Of a DNA stretch of 64,000 nucleotides, positions 50,358-59,210 are shown one piece after another; the stretch's first letter is position 1, and every line of letters begins with the position of its first letter. The position numbers and the translations under genes are program-made. Source of the stretch: an uncultured bacterium (GTDB lineage Bacteria > Chloroflexota > UBA5177 > JANWHV01); NCBI GenBank assembly GCA_963729625.1, contig CAVSOU010000007.1, forward strand, positions 320,001 to 384,000, in the 5' to 3' direction. The notes under the pieces are model-generated. The model worked only from the letters and a program-made list of their open reading frames with translations, had not been told where the DNA came from and searched no databases.

Positions 50358-53300
50358 GTGACGGAGAAGGAACTAATGAAGGGGCACGTCGTACCTCTTG
50401 ACGGAAATGAAGCGGTCGCCGCAGTCGCGTACCAGCTCAGTGACGTTATCGCCATCTACCCGATCACGCCATCGTCGAACATGGGTGAATGGGCGGACGA
50501 GTGGGCGGCAAAGGGCAAGAAGAATCTCTGGGGGACGGTTCCTACGGTTGTCGAGATGCAGAGCGAAGGCGGCGCAGCAGGCGCGATCCACGGCGCCCTG
50601 CAGACCGGGGCCCTAGCCACCACCTTCACGGCCTCGCAGGGGCTGCTCCTGATGATTCCAAACATGTACAAGATTGCCGGTGAGCTGACCCCGGCGGCGT
50701 TCCATGTTTCTGCACGTTCTCTGGCCGCCCAGGCACTTTCGATCTTCGGCGATCACAGCGACGTGATGGCAACACGGCAAACCGGTTGGGCCCTTCTCGC
50801 GTCTGCCTCAGTGCAGGAAGCCCATGATCTTGCGTTGATTGCCCACCGCTCGACCCTAGAATCGCGCATCCCGTTCCTCCATTTCTTCGACGGCTTCCGC
50901 ACGTCCCATGAGGTGGCAACAATCACGCTGCTCGAAAACGAGCAGATTCGCGCGCTCATCGACGACAAGCTTGTGCTGTCTCACCGCGCCCGCGGACTCT
51001 CACCGGATCATCCCGTGCTGCGGGGTTCGGCCCAGAATCCAGACGTCTATTTCCAGGCTCGCGAGACTGTGAACTCGTATTATGCCGAGTGCCCGGACAT
51101 CGTCGCGCACGCCATGGACAAGTTCGCACGCGTTACCGGACGCCGGTATAACCTGTTCGACTACGAAGGTGCTCCCGACGCCGAGCGCGTCATCGTGCTC
51201 ATGGGCTCCGGCGCCGAAGCGGCGCACGAGGCTGTAGACTACCTGGCCGAGCGGGGAGAGAAAGTCGGCGTCGTCAAAGTCCGACTGTACCGCCCCTTCG
51301 ACGTCAAGCGCTTCGCAGAGGCGCTACCGGCCACGACCAAGGTGTTGGGCATTCTTGACCGCACAAAGGAGCCTGGATCCGCGGGTGAGCCGCTGTACAT
51401 GGATGTCATCACCGCCCTGCATGAGGCGCAGGAGCTTGGCTGGGGCAAGCTTACGGCCGTGCCGGTGATCGTTGGAGGTCGCTACGGTCTCTCCTCCAAG
51501 GACTTCAACCCGGCGATGATCAAGGGCGTGTTCGATAACCTGGCACAGGCTAAACCTAAGAATCATTTTACCATCGGCATCGTCGACGACGTGACCCATA
51601 CAAGCCTGCCCTACGATCCCAACTTCTCGGTCGAGCCCGACAGCGTCGTTCGCGCGCTCTTCTACGGCCTCGGTTCGGACGGCACGGTGGGGGCGAACAA
51701 GAACTCCATCAAGATTATCGGCGAAGACACCGACAACTATGCGCAGGGCTACTTTGTCTACGATTCCAAGAAATCCGGCACGCTCACCGTCTCGCACATG
51801 CGATTCGGGAAGAATCCGATCAGGTCGACATATCTTGTCGACAAAGCACAGTTCGTGGCCTGCCACCAGCCGGTGTTCCTCGAGCGCTATGAAGTGCTCC
51901 GCTACATCACCGAGGGCGGCACGTTTCTCCTGAACACCTCCTATCCCGCGGACGAGGTCTGGCCGCATCTTCCACGCTCCATCCAGCAGGCAATCGTCGA
52001 GAAGAAGCTGTCTTTCTACGTGATCGACGGCACGACGGTTGCGCATGCCGCCGGCATGGCGGGTCGCGTGAACACGATCATGCAGACCTGCTTCTTTGCA
52101 ATCTCCAACGTCATGCCGCGCGAGGAGGCAATCGACGCCATCAAGAAATCTGTCGTGAAGACATACGGCAGAAAGGGCGAAAACATCGTCCAGATGAACA
52201 TGCGCGCTATCGACAGCACGCTGGAGAATCTGCACAAAGTGACTGTTCCCGCCCAGGCAGATAGCACGTTCGACCTTATACCCCCGGTCCCGGCCAATGC
52301 GCCGCGTTTTGTACGCGACGTTCTTGGCACCATGATCGCCTACCGCGGGGACGATGTGCCTGTAAGCAAGATGCCGGTGGACGGAACCTTCCCAACCGGC
52401 ACGACCAGGTATGAGAAGCGCAACCTCGCGCTGGAAATCCCTGTTTGGGAGACCGACATCTGCATCCAGTGCGGTAAATGCGCTATAGTCTGCCCGCACG
52501 CCGTGATCCGTATCAAGACATTTCCTGTGGAATGTCTGCAGGGTGCTCCCGAGACGTTCAAAGCCGTCAACACTCGCGACAAGGAGTTCGCCGGGCAGAA
52601 ATACTCTATTCAGGTGGCTCCCGAGGACTGCACCGGCTGCGCTCTCTGCGTCGACGTCTGCCCGGCCAAGAGCAAGACCGAAACGAAGCTGAAGGCGCTG
52701 AACATGCGACCCCAGCCGCCGCTTCGGGAGCAAGAAAACAAGAACTGGGAGTTCTTTGAAGCCATCCCGGAGGTGGACCGCCGCCTGATCAAGGTCTCTA
52801 ACATCCGTCAGCAGCAGTTCCAGCAACCATTGTTTGAGTTCTCCGGCGCCTGCTCGGGCTGCGGGGAGACACCGTACCTGAAACTGATTTCGCAGTTGTT
52901 CGGCGACAGGATGGTCGTCGCCAACGCTACCGGGTGCTCCTCCATCTATGGCGGCAACCTTCCTACGACGCCGTGGGCGGCAAATAAGGAGGGCCGCGGC
53001 CCGGCCTGGTCGAACTCACTGTTCGAGGACAATGCCGAGTTCGGCATGGGATACCGGCTCTCGATCGACAAGCAGCATGATTTCGCAAAAGAACTACTCG
53101 CCAAAATGGCTGACATCGTCGGTCGGGATCTCGCAGCTGGACTCCTCGATGCCAGGCAGACCGATGAAGCCGAGATCTACGCACAACGCGAGCGAGTGGC
53201 GCTCCTCAAGCAGCGCCTCACCGGCCTGGAGGACCCAGAAGCCCGGCATCTCCTGCAGCTCTCGGACATGCTCGTTCGCCGGAGCGTCTGGATCATCGGC

Positions 53301-53972
53301 GGCGACGGCTGGGCGTATGATATCGGCTATGGCGGCCTGGACCACGTACTTGCCAGCGGCGCGAATGTGAATGTCCTGGTTCTGGACACCGAGGTGTACT
53401 CCAATACGGGTGGCCAACGCTCGAAAGCTACTCCGCGCGGCGCCGTGGCGAAGTTCGCTGCCGGCGGCAAGCCGGGTGTCAAGAAGGACCTCGGCATGAT
53501 CGCGATGACGTACGGCAATATCTACGTTGCCAGCGTGGCACTTGGCGCCAAGGACGAGCACACTCTCAAGGCATTCATTGAAGCCGAGGCCTATGACGGC
53601 CCGTCGCTGATCATCGCCTATTCGCACTGCATCCAGCAGGGCATCCTCGACATGTCGGAGGGCTTGCAGCACCAGAAGGCAGCCGTGGATTCCGGCCAGT
53701 GGCTTCTTTACCGTTTCAACCCCGATCTTGCCAAGGCCGGCCAGAATCCGCTCATTCTGGACTCTCGAACGCCAAAGCTGCCGCTCGAACAGTACATGTA
53801 CTCGGAAAACCGCTTCAAGATGCTGACGACAATAGACCCCGACATGGCCAAGAAGCTGCTCGGCGAGGCACAGCAGGACGTAAAGACTCGCTTTGCCTAT
53901 TACCAGTTCCTTGCCTCTCGGCCAGGCAGTAACGGCAACGGCGTCAAAAGCGCAATGGAATCCGGAGTGTGA
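50358..53972 (+). CDS. nifJ: Pyruvate:ferredoxin (flavodoxin) oxidoreductase, homodimeric
   Basis: YPITPS, MQSEGGA, two ferredoxin motifs, GACSGCGE and GGDGWAYDIG. Confidence 0.97.
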   Translation: MTEKELMKGHVVPLDGNEAVAAVAYQLSDVIAIYPITPSSNMGEWADEWAAKGKKNLWGTVPTVVEMQSEGGAAGAIHGALQTGALATTFTASQGLLLMIPNMYKIAGELTPAAFHVSARSLAAQALSIFGDHSDVMATRQTGWALLASASVQEAHDLALIAHRSTLESRIPFLHFFDGFRTSHEVATITLLENEQIRALIDDKLVLSHRARGLSPDHPVLRGSAQNPDVYFQARETVNSYYAECPDIVAHAMDKFARVTGRRYNLFDYEGAPDAERVIVLMGSGAEAAHEAVDYLAERGEKVGVVKVRLYRPFDVKRFAEALPATTKVLGILDRTKEPGSAGEPLYMDVITALHEAQELGWGKLTAVPVIVGGRYGLSSKDFNPAMIKGVFDNLAQAKPKNHFTIGIVDDVTHTSLPYDPNFSVEPDSVVRALFYGLGSDGTVGANKNSIKIIGEDTDNYAQGYFVYDSKKSGTLTVSHMRFGKNPIRSTYLVDKAQFVACHQPVFLERYEVLRYITEGGTFLLNTSYPADEVWPHLPRSIQQAIVEKKLSFYVIDGTTVAHAAGMAGRVNTIMQTCFFAISNVMPREEAIDAIKKSVVKTYGRKGENIVQMNMRAIDSTLENLHKVTVPAQADSTFDLIPPVPANAPRFVRDVLGTMIAYRGDDVPVSKMPVDGTFPTGTTRYEKRNLALEIPVWETDICIQCGKCAIVCPHAVIRIKTFPVECLQGAPETFKAVNTRDKEFAGQKYSIQVAPEDCTGCALCVDVCPAKSKTETKLKALNMRPQPPLREQENKNWEFFEAIPEVDRRLIKVSNIRQQQFQQPLFEFSGACSGCGETPYLKLISQLFGDRMVVANATGCSSIYGGNLPTTPWAANKEGRGPAWSNSLFEDNAEFGMGYRLSIDKQHDFAKELLAKMADIVGRDLAAGLLDARQTDEAEIYAQRERVALLKQRLTGLEDPEARHLLQLSDMLVRRSVWIIGGDGWAYDIGYGGLDHVLASGANVNVLVLDTEVYSNTGGQRSKATPRGAVAKFAAGGKPGVKKDLGMIAMTYGNIYVASVALGAKDEHTLKAFIEAEAYDGPSLIIAYSHCIQQGILDMSEGLQHQKAAVDSGQWLLYRFNPDLAKAGQNPLILDSRTPKLPLEQYMYSENRFKMLTTIDPDMAKKLLGEAQQDVKTRFAYYQFLASRPGSNGNGVKSAMESGV

Positions 53973-54174
53973 CGAGGTAGGCCGGGTTGCCGGCGGAACG
54001 GCTTGCAGCGTACCAACCTGCCAACCTTACGCCGGCATCTCGGAATGCGGCTCGACGACAATGACACCACGCGGCGGGCGCTTGGAGCCGAGTCGTAGAG
54101 AGCCAGGACACGGGGTTGTTCACTGGGGTTTGGGCGATGTCCAGGCCAACTGACGAAGAGCAAGGGGGTCAAGA

Positions 54175-55179
54175 ATGGACCTGTCCACGGAGTATCTCGG
54201 GCTGAATCTACGCACGCCGCTCGTGCCGTCCGCATCACCGCTGTCTGAGGATGTCTCCACGATCAAGCGCCTCGAGGACGCTGGCGCCTCCGCGGTAGTG
54301 CTGTTCTCGCTATTTGAAGAAGAGTTGCTTCGCGACCAGCTTTCAATTGATGCCACGCTGGCCATGACCGAGAATGTCTCGGCCGAGGCCGTGACGGGCT
54401 TCGCGGGACTGGAGAAGATCTATCTGGTTGGCCCCGAACGGTATCTGAATCATATTCGGAAGGCAAAGGAGTCGGTCGGCATCCCGATCATCGCCAGCCT
54501 AAACGGCCGATCGGTGGGAGGCTGGACCGAGTATGCCAAGCAAATCCAGCAAGCCGGCGCCGATGCGCTCGAGCTGAATATCTACAATATTCCGACCGAT
54601 CCGTCTGTTTCGAGTGAAGCAGTTGAGCAGACGTACCTCAATATCTTGAAGGCAGTCAAGAGCGCGGTGAGCATTCCCGTCGCTGTGAAGCTCAGCCCGT
54701 TCTTCAGCAACATGGCTTCCATGGCAAAGATCCTGGACGATGCAGGCGCAAACTCGCTGGTGCTGTTCAACCGATTCTATCAGCCCGACATCGATCTGGA
54801 AGAGCTCGAAGTGAAGCCGAATCTGCTGCTCAGCACGCCGCAGGCAATGCGCCTACCGCTTACTTGGGTTGGTATCCTGTACGGGCGAATAAGGGCAGAT
54901 CTGGCTGCCACGGGCGGCATCCATACTGCCCATGATGTGCTCAAGATGCTCATGGCCGGCTCCAAGGTCACAATGATGTGCTCCGCGCTTCTCCAGAACG
55001 GCATCAACTATCTCAGCACGGTCGAGAAGGGCGTGGTCTTGTGGATGGAAGAGCATGAGTACGAGTCAGTCAAGCAGATGCAGGGCAGCATAAGCCAGCT
55101 CAAGGCCGCGGATCCCTCGGCGTTCGAGCGTGCTCAGTACATCAAGACTATCAAGGGATTCAAGAACTTCGCACTCTAG
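54175..55179 (+). CDS. Dihydroorotate dehydrogenase-like flavoprotein (PFOR-associated)
   Basis: SLFEE, ADALELN, VKLSPFF, LFNRFYQPDID and FERAQY. Confidence 0.88.
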   Translation: MDLSTEYLGLNLRTPLVPSASPLSEDVSTIKRLEDAGASAVVLFSLFEEELLRDQLSIDATLAMTENVSAEAVTGFAGLEKIYLVGPERYLNHIRKAKESVGIPIIASLNGRSVGGWTEYAKQIQQAGADALELNIYNIPTDPSVSSEAVEQTYLNILKAVKSAVSIPVAVKLSPFFSNMASMAKILDDAGANSLVLFNRFYQPDIDLEELEVKPNLLLSTPQAMRLPLTWVGILYGRIRADLAATGGIHTAHDVLKMLMAGSKVTMMCSALLQNGINYLSTVEKGVVLWMEEHEYESVKQMQGSISQLKAADPSAFERAQYIKTIKGFKNFAL

Positions 55180-55253
55180 GTCGCACACTGAACGCCGAGG
55201 ATTTGCACCCCACTCGCTCAGCTTCGTCCGCAGTTTGTAGATTGCTTCTGGAA

Positions 55254-55283
55254 GTGTCCGGCCGGTCGGCGTCGGCCGGGCAC
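55254..55283. terminator. GC-rich hairpin between convergent genes
   Basis: GTGTCCGGCCG...CGGCCGGGCAC stem; weak U-tract. Confidence 0.35.
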
Positions 55284-55311
55284 TCCTGTGCCCGGTGGCC
55301 TGACGAGAAGT

Positions 55312-55830
55312 CTACTTGAGCGACCTGGCGAGACCGAGCGCAAGCTCCTGCTTCTCAGCCGTGCTGAGCGCAGCGTCCTGGTGCATCCACACGTAGTACG
55401 AGGGGGGCATGTCGCCGCCGAGTACTGCCTGAGGAATCTCCCCCACGGCAGTGCCCGCCGCGAGAGAACTGCTCGTCCAGGCGTCGAAATTCAGCCTGTT
55501 GCGCGCGGCAACGACGTCGTAGGTGGCAAGCCAGGACGGCGGCGCAATCCGGCTGTACCACGGCCACACCGTGGCATTGCTATGGCAATCGAAACATGCT
55601 CGATGCACCAGCGTCTGGGTCAGGGCGCTGTCCCAATGAGGTTCCGACCGCGCCGCCGGATTGGTCTGCAAAAGCCACACTGGGATAAGCTGTATGGCCA
55701 ACACGAGGCCAATGAGCCCCAACGCCATGTGCTTGGGCTTGAGCCACCAGTGAAACCATGGAACTTCGTCGTCACGATCATCCTCGACGCCACGCGAAGA
55801 AGCTCGCGGCGCCGGCGCCTCATCCATCAT
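55312..55830 (-). CDS. Membrane-anchored heme-binding (Haem_bd) c-type cytochrome
   Basis: TM helix, RACFDCHSN, WPWYS, LNF and MPP. Confidence 0.88.
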   Translation of the reverse strand: MMDEAPAPRASSRGVEDDRDDEVPWFHWWLKPKHMALGLIGLVLAIQLIPVWLLQTNPAARSEPHWDSALTQTLVHRACFDCHSNATVWPWYSRIAPPSWLATYDVVAARNRLNFDAWTSSSLAAGTAVGEIPQAVLGGDMPPSYYVWMHQDAALSTAEKQELALGLARSLK

Positions 55831-56351
55831 GCCTTCCCTCGGTTATGCCAAGCCTACCGGTGGGGCCGCACCGGCGGCCACTGCTATTGGTCCCAAGATC
55901 AGCCCACGAACGGCCCTGCTTGCCGCCGGGCCCGCGGCATCCGCCATAATAAGGCTCGCGTGTCTGGGCGGGCGGTGGATCTGGGAGGCCACGGGATGTG
56001 TTCGGGCGTGGCTCACGGTGGGCTCGCGTGCAGATCATCCCGTGGGACGCTCAGAATCGGCGCAAGCAGGATGGAGGGCTAATGACCGCGCTTGGCGGTA
56101 TAATGAGAATCCCTGGGCTGAAGCCGGGGCATCACGGCCGGGCCCGACGCCGCATGACCGGCCTTTGGGTCGCATAGCCGGGCTCAGGACGTTACGAGTG
56201 GGCCGAGGCATCGCGGCCAGGCCCGGGTTGGTAGCGCGTATCACGTCGCTCGGTGAACGCTCGGCAGGGATCGCGGCGCGAGGCAAATGGCCGCGCGTCT
56301 GATGGGCTAGCGGCACTGCCCGCCAAGCGGGACGCCAAAGGAGGAAGGTCG

Positions 56352-56834
56352 ATGACAGTCGGGTACCTTACTCATGTGCTAGTCGCAACCGACGGATCAG
56401 ACCAATCAGGGGAGGCTGCGCGTTTTCTGCACACGCTTGTACCGCCTCGATCGCTTGGGCGGATCACGGTCCTCGCCGTCATCCGTTCCCTCGAGAGCAC
56501 GCCGTTCTTCGCCGAGGCAGGGGCGTCCGGCGTCTTTCCAATACCCGGTGAAGCGCTGGAGGATATCGAGGAGTTGGCCACGAAGGCGGCTCAACTTGCG
56601 GCCCAGCGTGTCCTGGACGAGATCGCCGACCTCGCGCACGAGTCTCAAATCATGATTCGCCGGGGCTCCGCGGCCGAGGAAATAGTGCATGCGGCCGAGG
56701 AGTTGCGCGCTAACCTCATCGTCATGGGCAGCCGAGGTTGGGGCGCCATGCGCTCCGTGTTTCTCGGCAGCGTCTCCGAGCGCGTGCTGCACTCAGCACG
56801 TTGTGCAGTCCTGGTAGTGCGTCCGGCACACTGA
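56352..56834 (+). CDS. Universal stress protein
   Basis: VLVATDGS and LIVMGSRGWG...LGSVSERV...VLVVR. GGAGG RBS. Confidence 0.93.
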   Translation: MTVGYLTHVLVATDGSDQSGEAARFLHTLVPPRSLGRITVLAVIRSLESTPFFAEAGASGVFPIPGEALEDIEELATKAAQLAAQRVLDEIADLAHESQIMIRRGSAAEEIVHAAEELRANLIVMGSRGWGAMRSVFLGSVSERVLHSARCAVLVVRPAH

Positions 56835-57428
56835 GAACTGTCCACGTGAGTCGTCACAATGCGTCGTTGCGATGATCCGCGTCGCGCCGAGCCGGCCCTG
56901 CGACCGGTACCATGACAGTCGCGGACTGCCGTTGGTGAAGGCAATTGCACGCGCGGTCGTCCAATGTCGAGGCACATCCGAGCCTTTGCATCGCTGGCCT
57001 AACTGGGGATGCCGCAACCCGTCGAGGCCGCCTTTCAGGCATGGCCATGGGCCCAGCCAATATGACCAAGCCATCGTCGATTGAGGTACATTGAGTCCAT
57101 GTGACGTTCGGCACGCCCCGAGCGCTTGCCCAGCCGGATGGTGTCGACGGCGCGGCCGGTGTGGCGCGGCGAGCATGGCGGTAGGTGGCGCGGCCGGCGA
57201 TGGGCCGAGCCCGTGCCCTGTACGCGCGCTGTAGCCAAACCAGGCTAGATGCTCGCGCCGCGGCGTGGAGGCACTTGGCTTTCCACTCGACCTCTGAGCC
57301 TGCGCGGATCCGAGGCGACCAGGCGCCAATTGAGCTGTAATCAGCTGCAAGGGGCGGTGCAGGCGAGGGAGCGGATGGGACGCGCAAGAGAGCAGGAGGC
57401 CGCTCGACTGGCAAGGTATGCGGCAGCG

Positions 57429-59210
57429 ATGCACGTGTACGCGCGTATCCTGGGATTGCTGCGCCCATACAGAGTCAAGACCTGGGTGATGATAGCCTGC
57501 GTTGTGCTGTCTACCGGTTTTGCACTCGTGCTCCCGTGGCTTCTCGCATGGGTCGTCGACGTGGGCGTGCGCCACGGCAACGGCGGAGAGCTCGCGCTCG
57601 CGGCCGGGACAATTCTCGTGACCAGCTCGCTGCGAGGTCTGTTCGCATACGGCCAGGGCTACTACTCCCAGGCGGTGTCTCAGCTCATGTCGTACGACCT
57701 GCGCAATCGCATATACGATCACCTGCAGCAGCTCAGCTTCTCGTTCCACGACGAGTCCGAAACGGGCCAGCTGATGTCGCGTATGACGGTCGATATCGAG
57801 GCGGTGCGCAATTTCGTCGTGCTGGGCCTGACGCGGGCGGTGCTGGCGATAGTGACCTTCTGTACGGTCACGGTTATTCTTCTACGCCTGGACTGGAGAT
57901 TGGCGCTCGTCACTTTGGGCTGCGTGCCGATCCTCGCCTTTCTCTCGATAAGCGTGGCGCGGCGACTCCATCCTCTCTGGACGTCCGTGCAGCAGGAAAC
58001 GGGCGCGCTTGGAACCGTCATGCAGGAAAGCTTGTCCGGCGTGCGCGTGGTGAAGGCATTCGCGCGCGAGCAGTTCGAAATCGAGAGATTCGACGCAAAG
58101 AATCGAGAGGTGCGCGCGCTGAGCCTTGAGGCAATGCGAGTGTCCGCCTGGAACCAGCCGCTCATGGTGTTCGTGCTGAATGTGATCACCGTCGCCGTGG
58201 TGTGGCTCGGCGGAGCAGGCGTCATCGGACATCGTCTGAGCCTTGGCACGCTCGTAGCCGTCACGCAATACGTGCTATTGCTCGGCGGGCCGGTACGCAC
58301 GTTCGGTTTCATGATGAACTGGTTCGCGCGAGGGCTCTCAAGCGGCGAGCGGCTCTTTGAGGTCCTCGACACCGTGCCTGCCATCGCCGATGCATCACGC
58401 GCTGTCGCACTGCGGAGCGTTCGAGGACACGTGCGGTTTGAGAACGTCACATTCGCATATGGCGACAGAGGGCCGGTGCTTCAGAATGTGACTATCGACG
58501 CGCCTCCCGGTTCGATGGTCGCCTTGCTCGGAGCGACCGGCAGCGGGAAGACCACCATTCTTCATCTCTTGCCGCGCTTTTACGACGTGACGTCAGGCCG
58601 CATCACCATCGACGGCCATGATGTGAGGGACGTGACGCTGGCTTCACTCAGAGGAATGGTCGGTCTGGTCCTCCAGGACGTGTTTCTGTTCAACGCCACG
58701 CTATGGGAGAACATCGCGTACGGAGTCGCGCACGCGACCGACGAACAAGTCCAGGCAGCCGCGCGCGCGGCGCGTGTTGACGAATTCGTGCAGACTCTGC
58801 CGGAGGGCTATGACACGATTGTAGGGGAGCGCGGCGTCACGCTCTCCGGTGGCCAGAAACAACGCGTGGCAATCGCACGCACACTGGTGCGCGATCCTCG
58901 TATCCTGGTGCTCGACGACGCGACCTCCAGCGTGGACATGGAGACCGAATACCTGATCCAGCAAGCTCTGGAAGTGCTTATGCGTGGACGCACGACATTC
59001 GTCGTTGCATCCCGCCTGCGCACGGTGAAGAGCGCCGATCAGATCATTGTGCTCGACGGGGGGCACATTGAAGAACGCGGCACACACGAAAGCTTGCTGC
59101 AGCATGGCGGTCTCTATTCTCGGCTCTACGATGTGCAGTTGCGCGAGCAGGAGGACTTCGAGGTCAAGGCCTTGACAGGCAATGGCAGGGCGCGGGAGAA
59201 GACCGGATGA
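57429..59210 (+). CDS. ABC exporter TMD-NBD subunit 1 (degenerate Walker B and H-loop)
   Basis: GATGSGKT, LSGGQ, LVLDDAT and VASRL; start uncertain (57375 or 57429). Confidence 0.9.
   Translation: MHVYARILGLLRPYRVKTWVMIACVVLSTGFALVLPWLLAWVVDVGVRHGNGGELALAAGTILVTSSLRGLFAYGQGYYSQAVSQLMSYDLRNRIYDHLQQLSFSFHDESETGQLMSRMTVDIEAVRNFVVLGLTRAVLAIVTFCTVTVILLRLDWRLALVTLGCVPILAFLSISVARRLHPLWTSVQQETGALGTVMQESLSGVRVVKAFAREQFEIERFDAKNREVRALSLEAMRVSAWNQPLMVFVLNVITVAVVWLGGAGVIGHRLSLGTLVAVTQYVLLLGGPVRTFGFMMNWFARGLSSGERLFEVLDTVPAIADASRAVALRSVRGHVRFENVTFAYGDRGPVLQNVTIDAPPGSMVALLGATGSGKTTILHLLPRFYDVTSGRITIDGHDVRDVTLASLRGMVGLVLQDVFLFNATLWENIAYGVAHATDEQVQAAARAARVDEFVQTLPEGYDTIVGERGVTLSGGQKQRVAIARTLVRDPRILVLDDATSSVDMETEYLIQQALEVLMRGRTTFVVASRLRTVKSADQIIVLDGGHIEERGTHESLLQHGGLYSRLYDVQLREQEDFEVKALTGNGRAREKTG

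Noticed and set aside
51324-52826. Long antisense ORFs (500 aa here; also 35051..36124, 2378..3439, 31461..32576)
   Set aside because: Typical antisense shadows of conserved genes in a high-GC genome.
56099-56351. TATAAT followed by a GC-rich, possibly structured leader before the USP gene
   Set aside because: No riboswitch consensus seen; the pairing could arise from GC content alone.
56835-57428. About 600-bp gap with several ORFs and possible RNA structure
   Set aside because: ORFs lack motifs and RBS, and no known RNA element is recognised.
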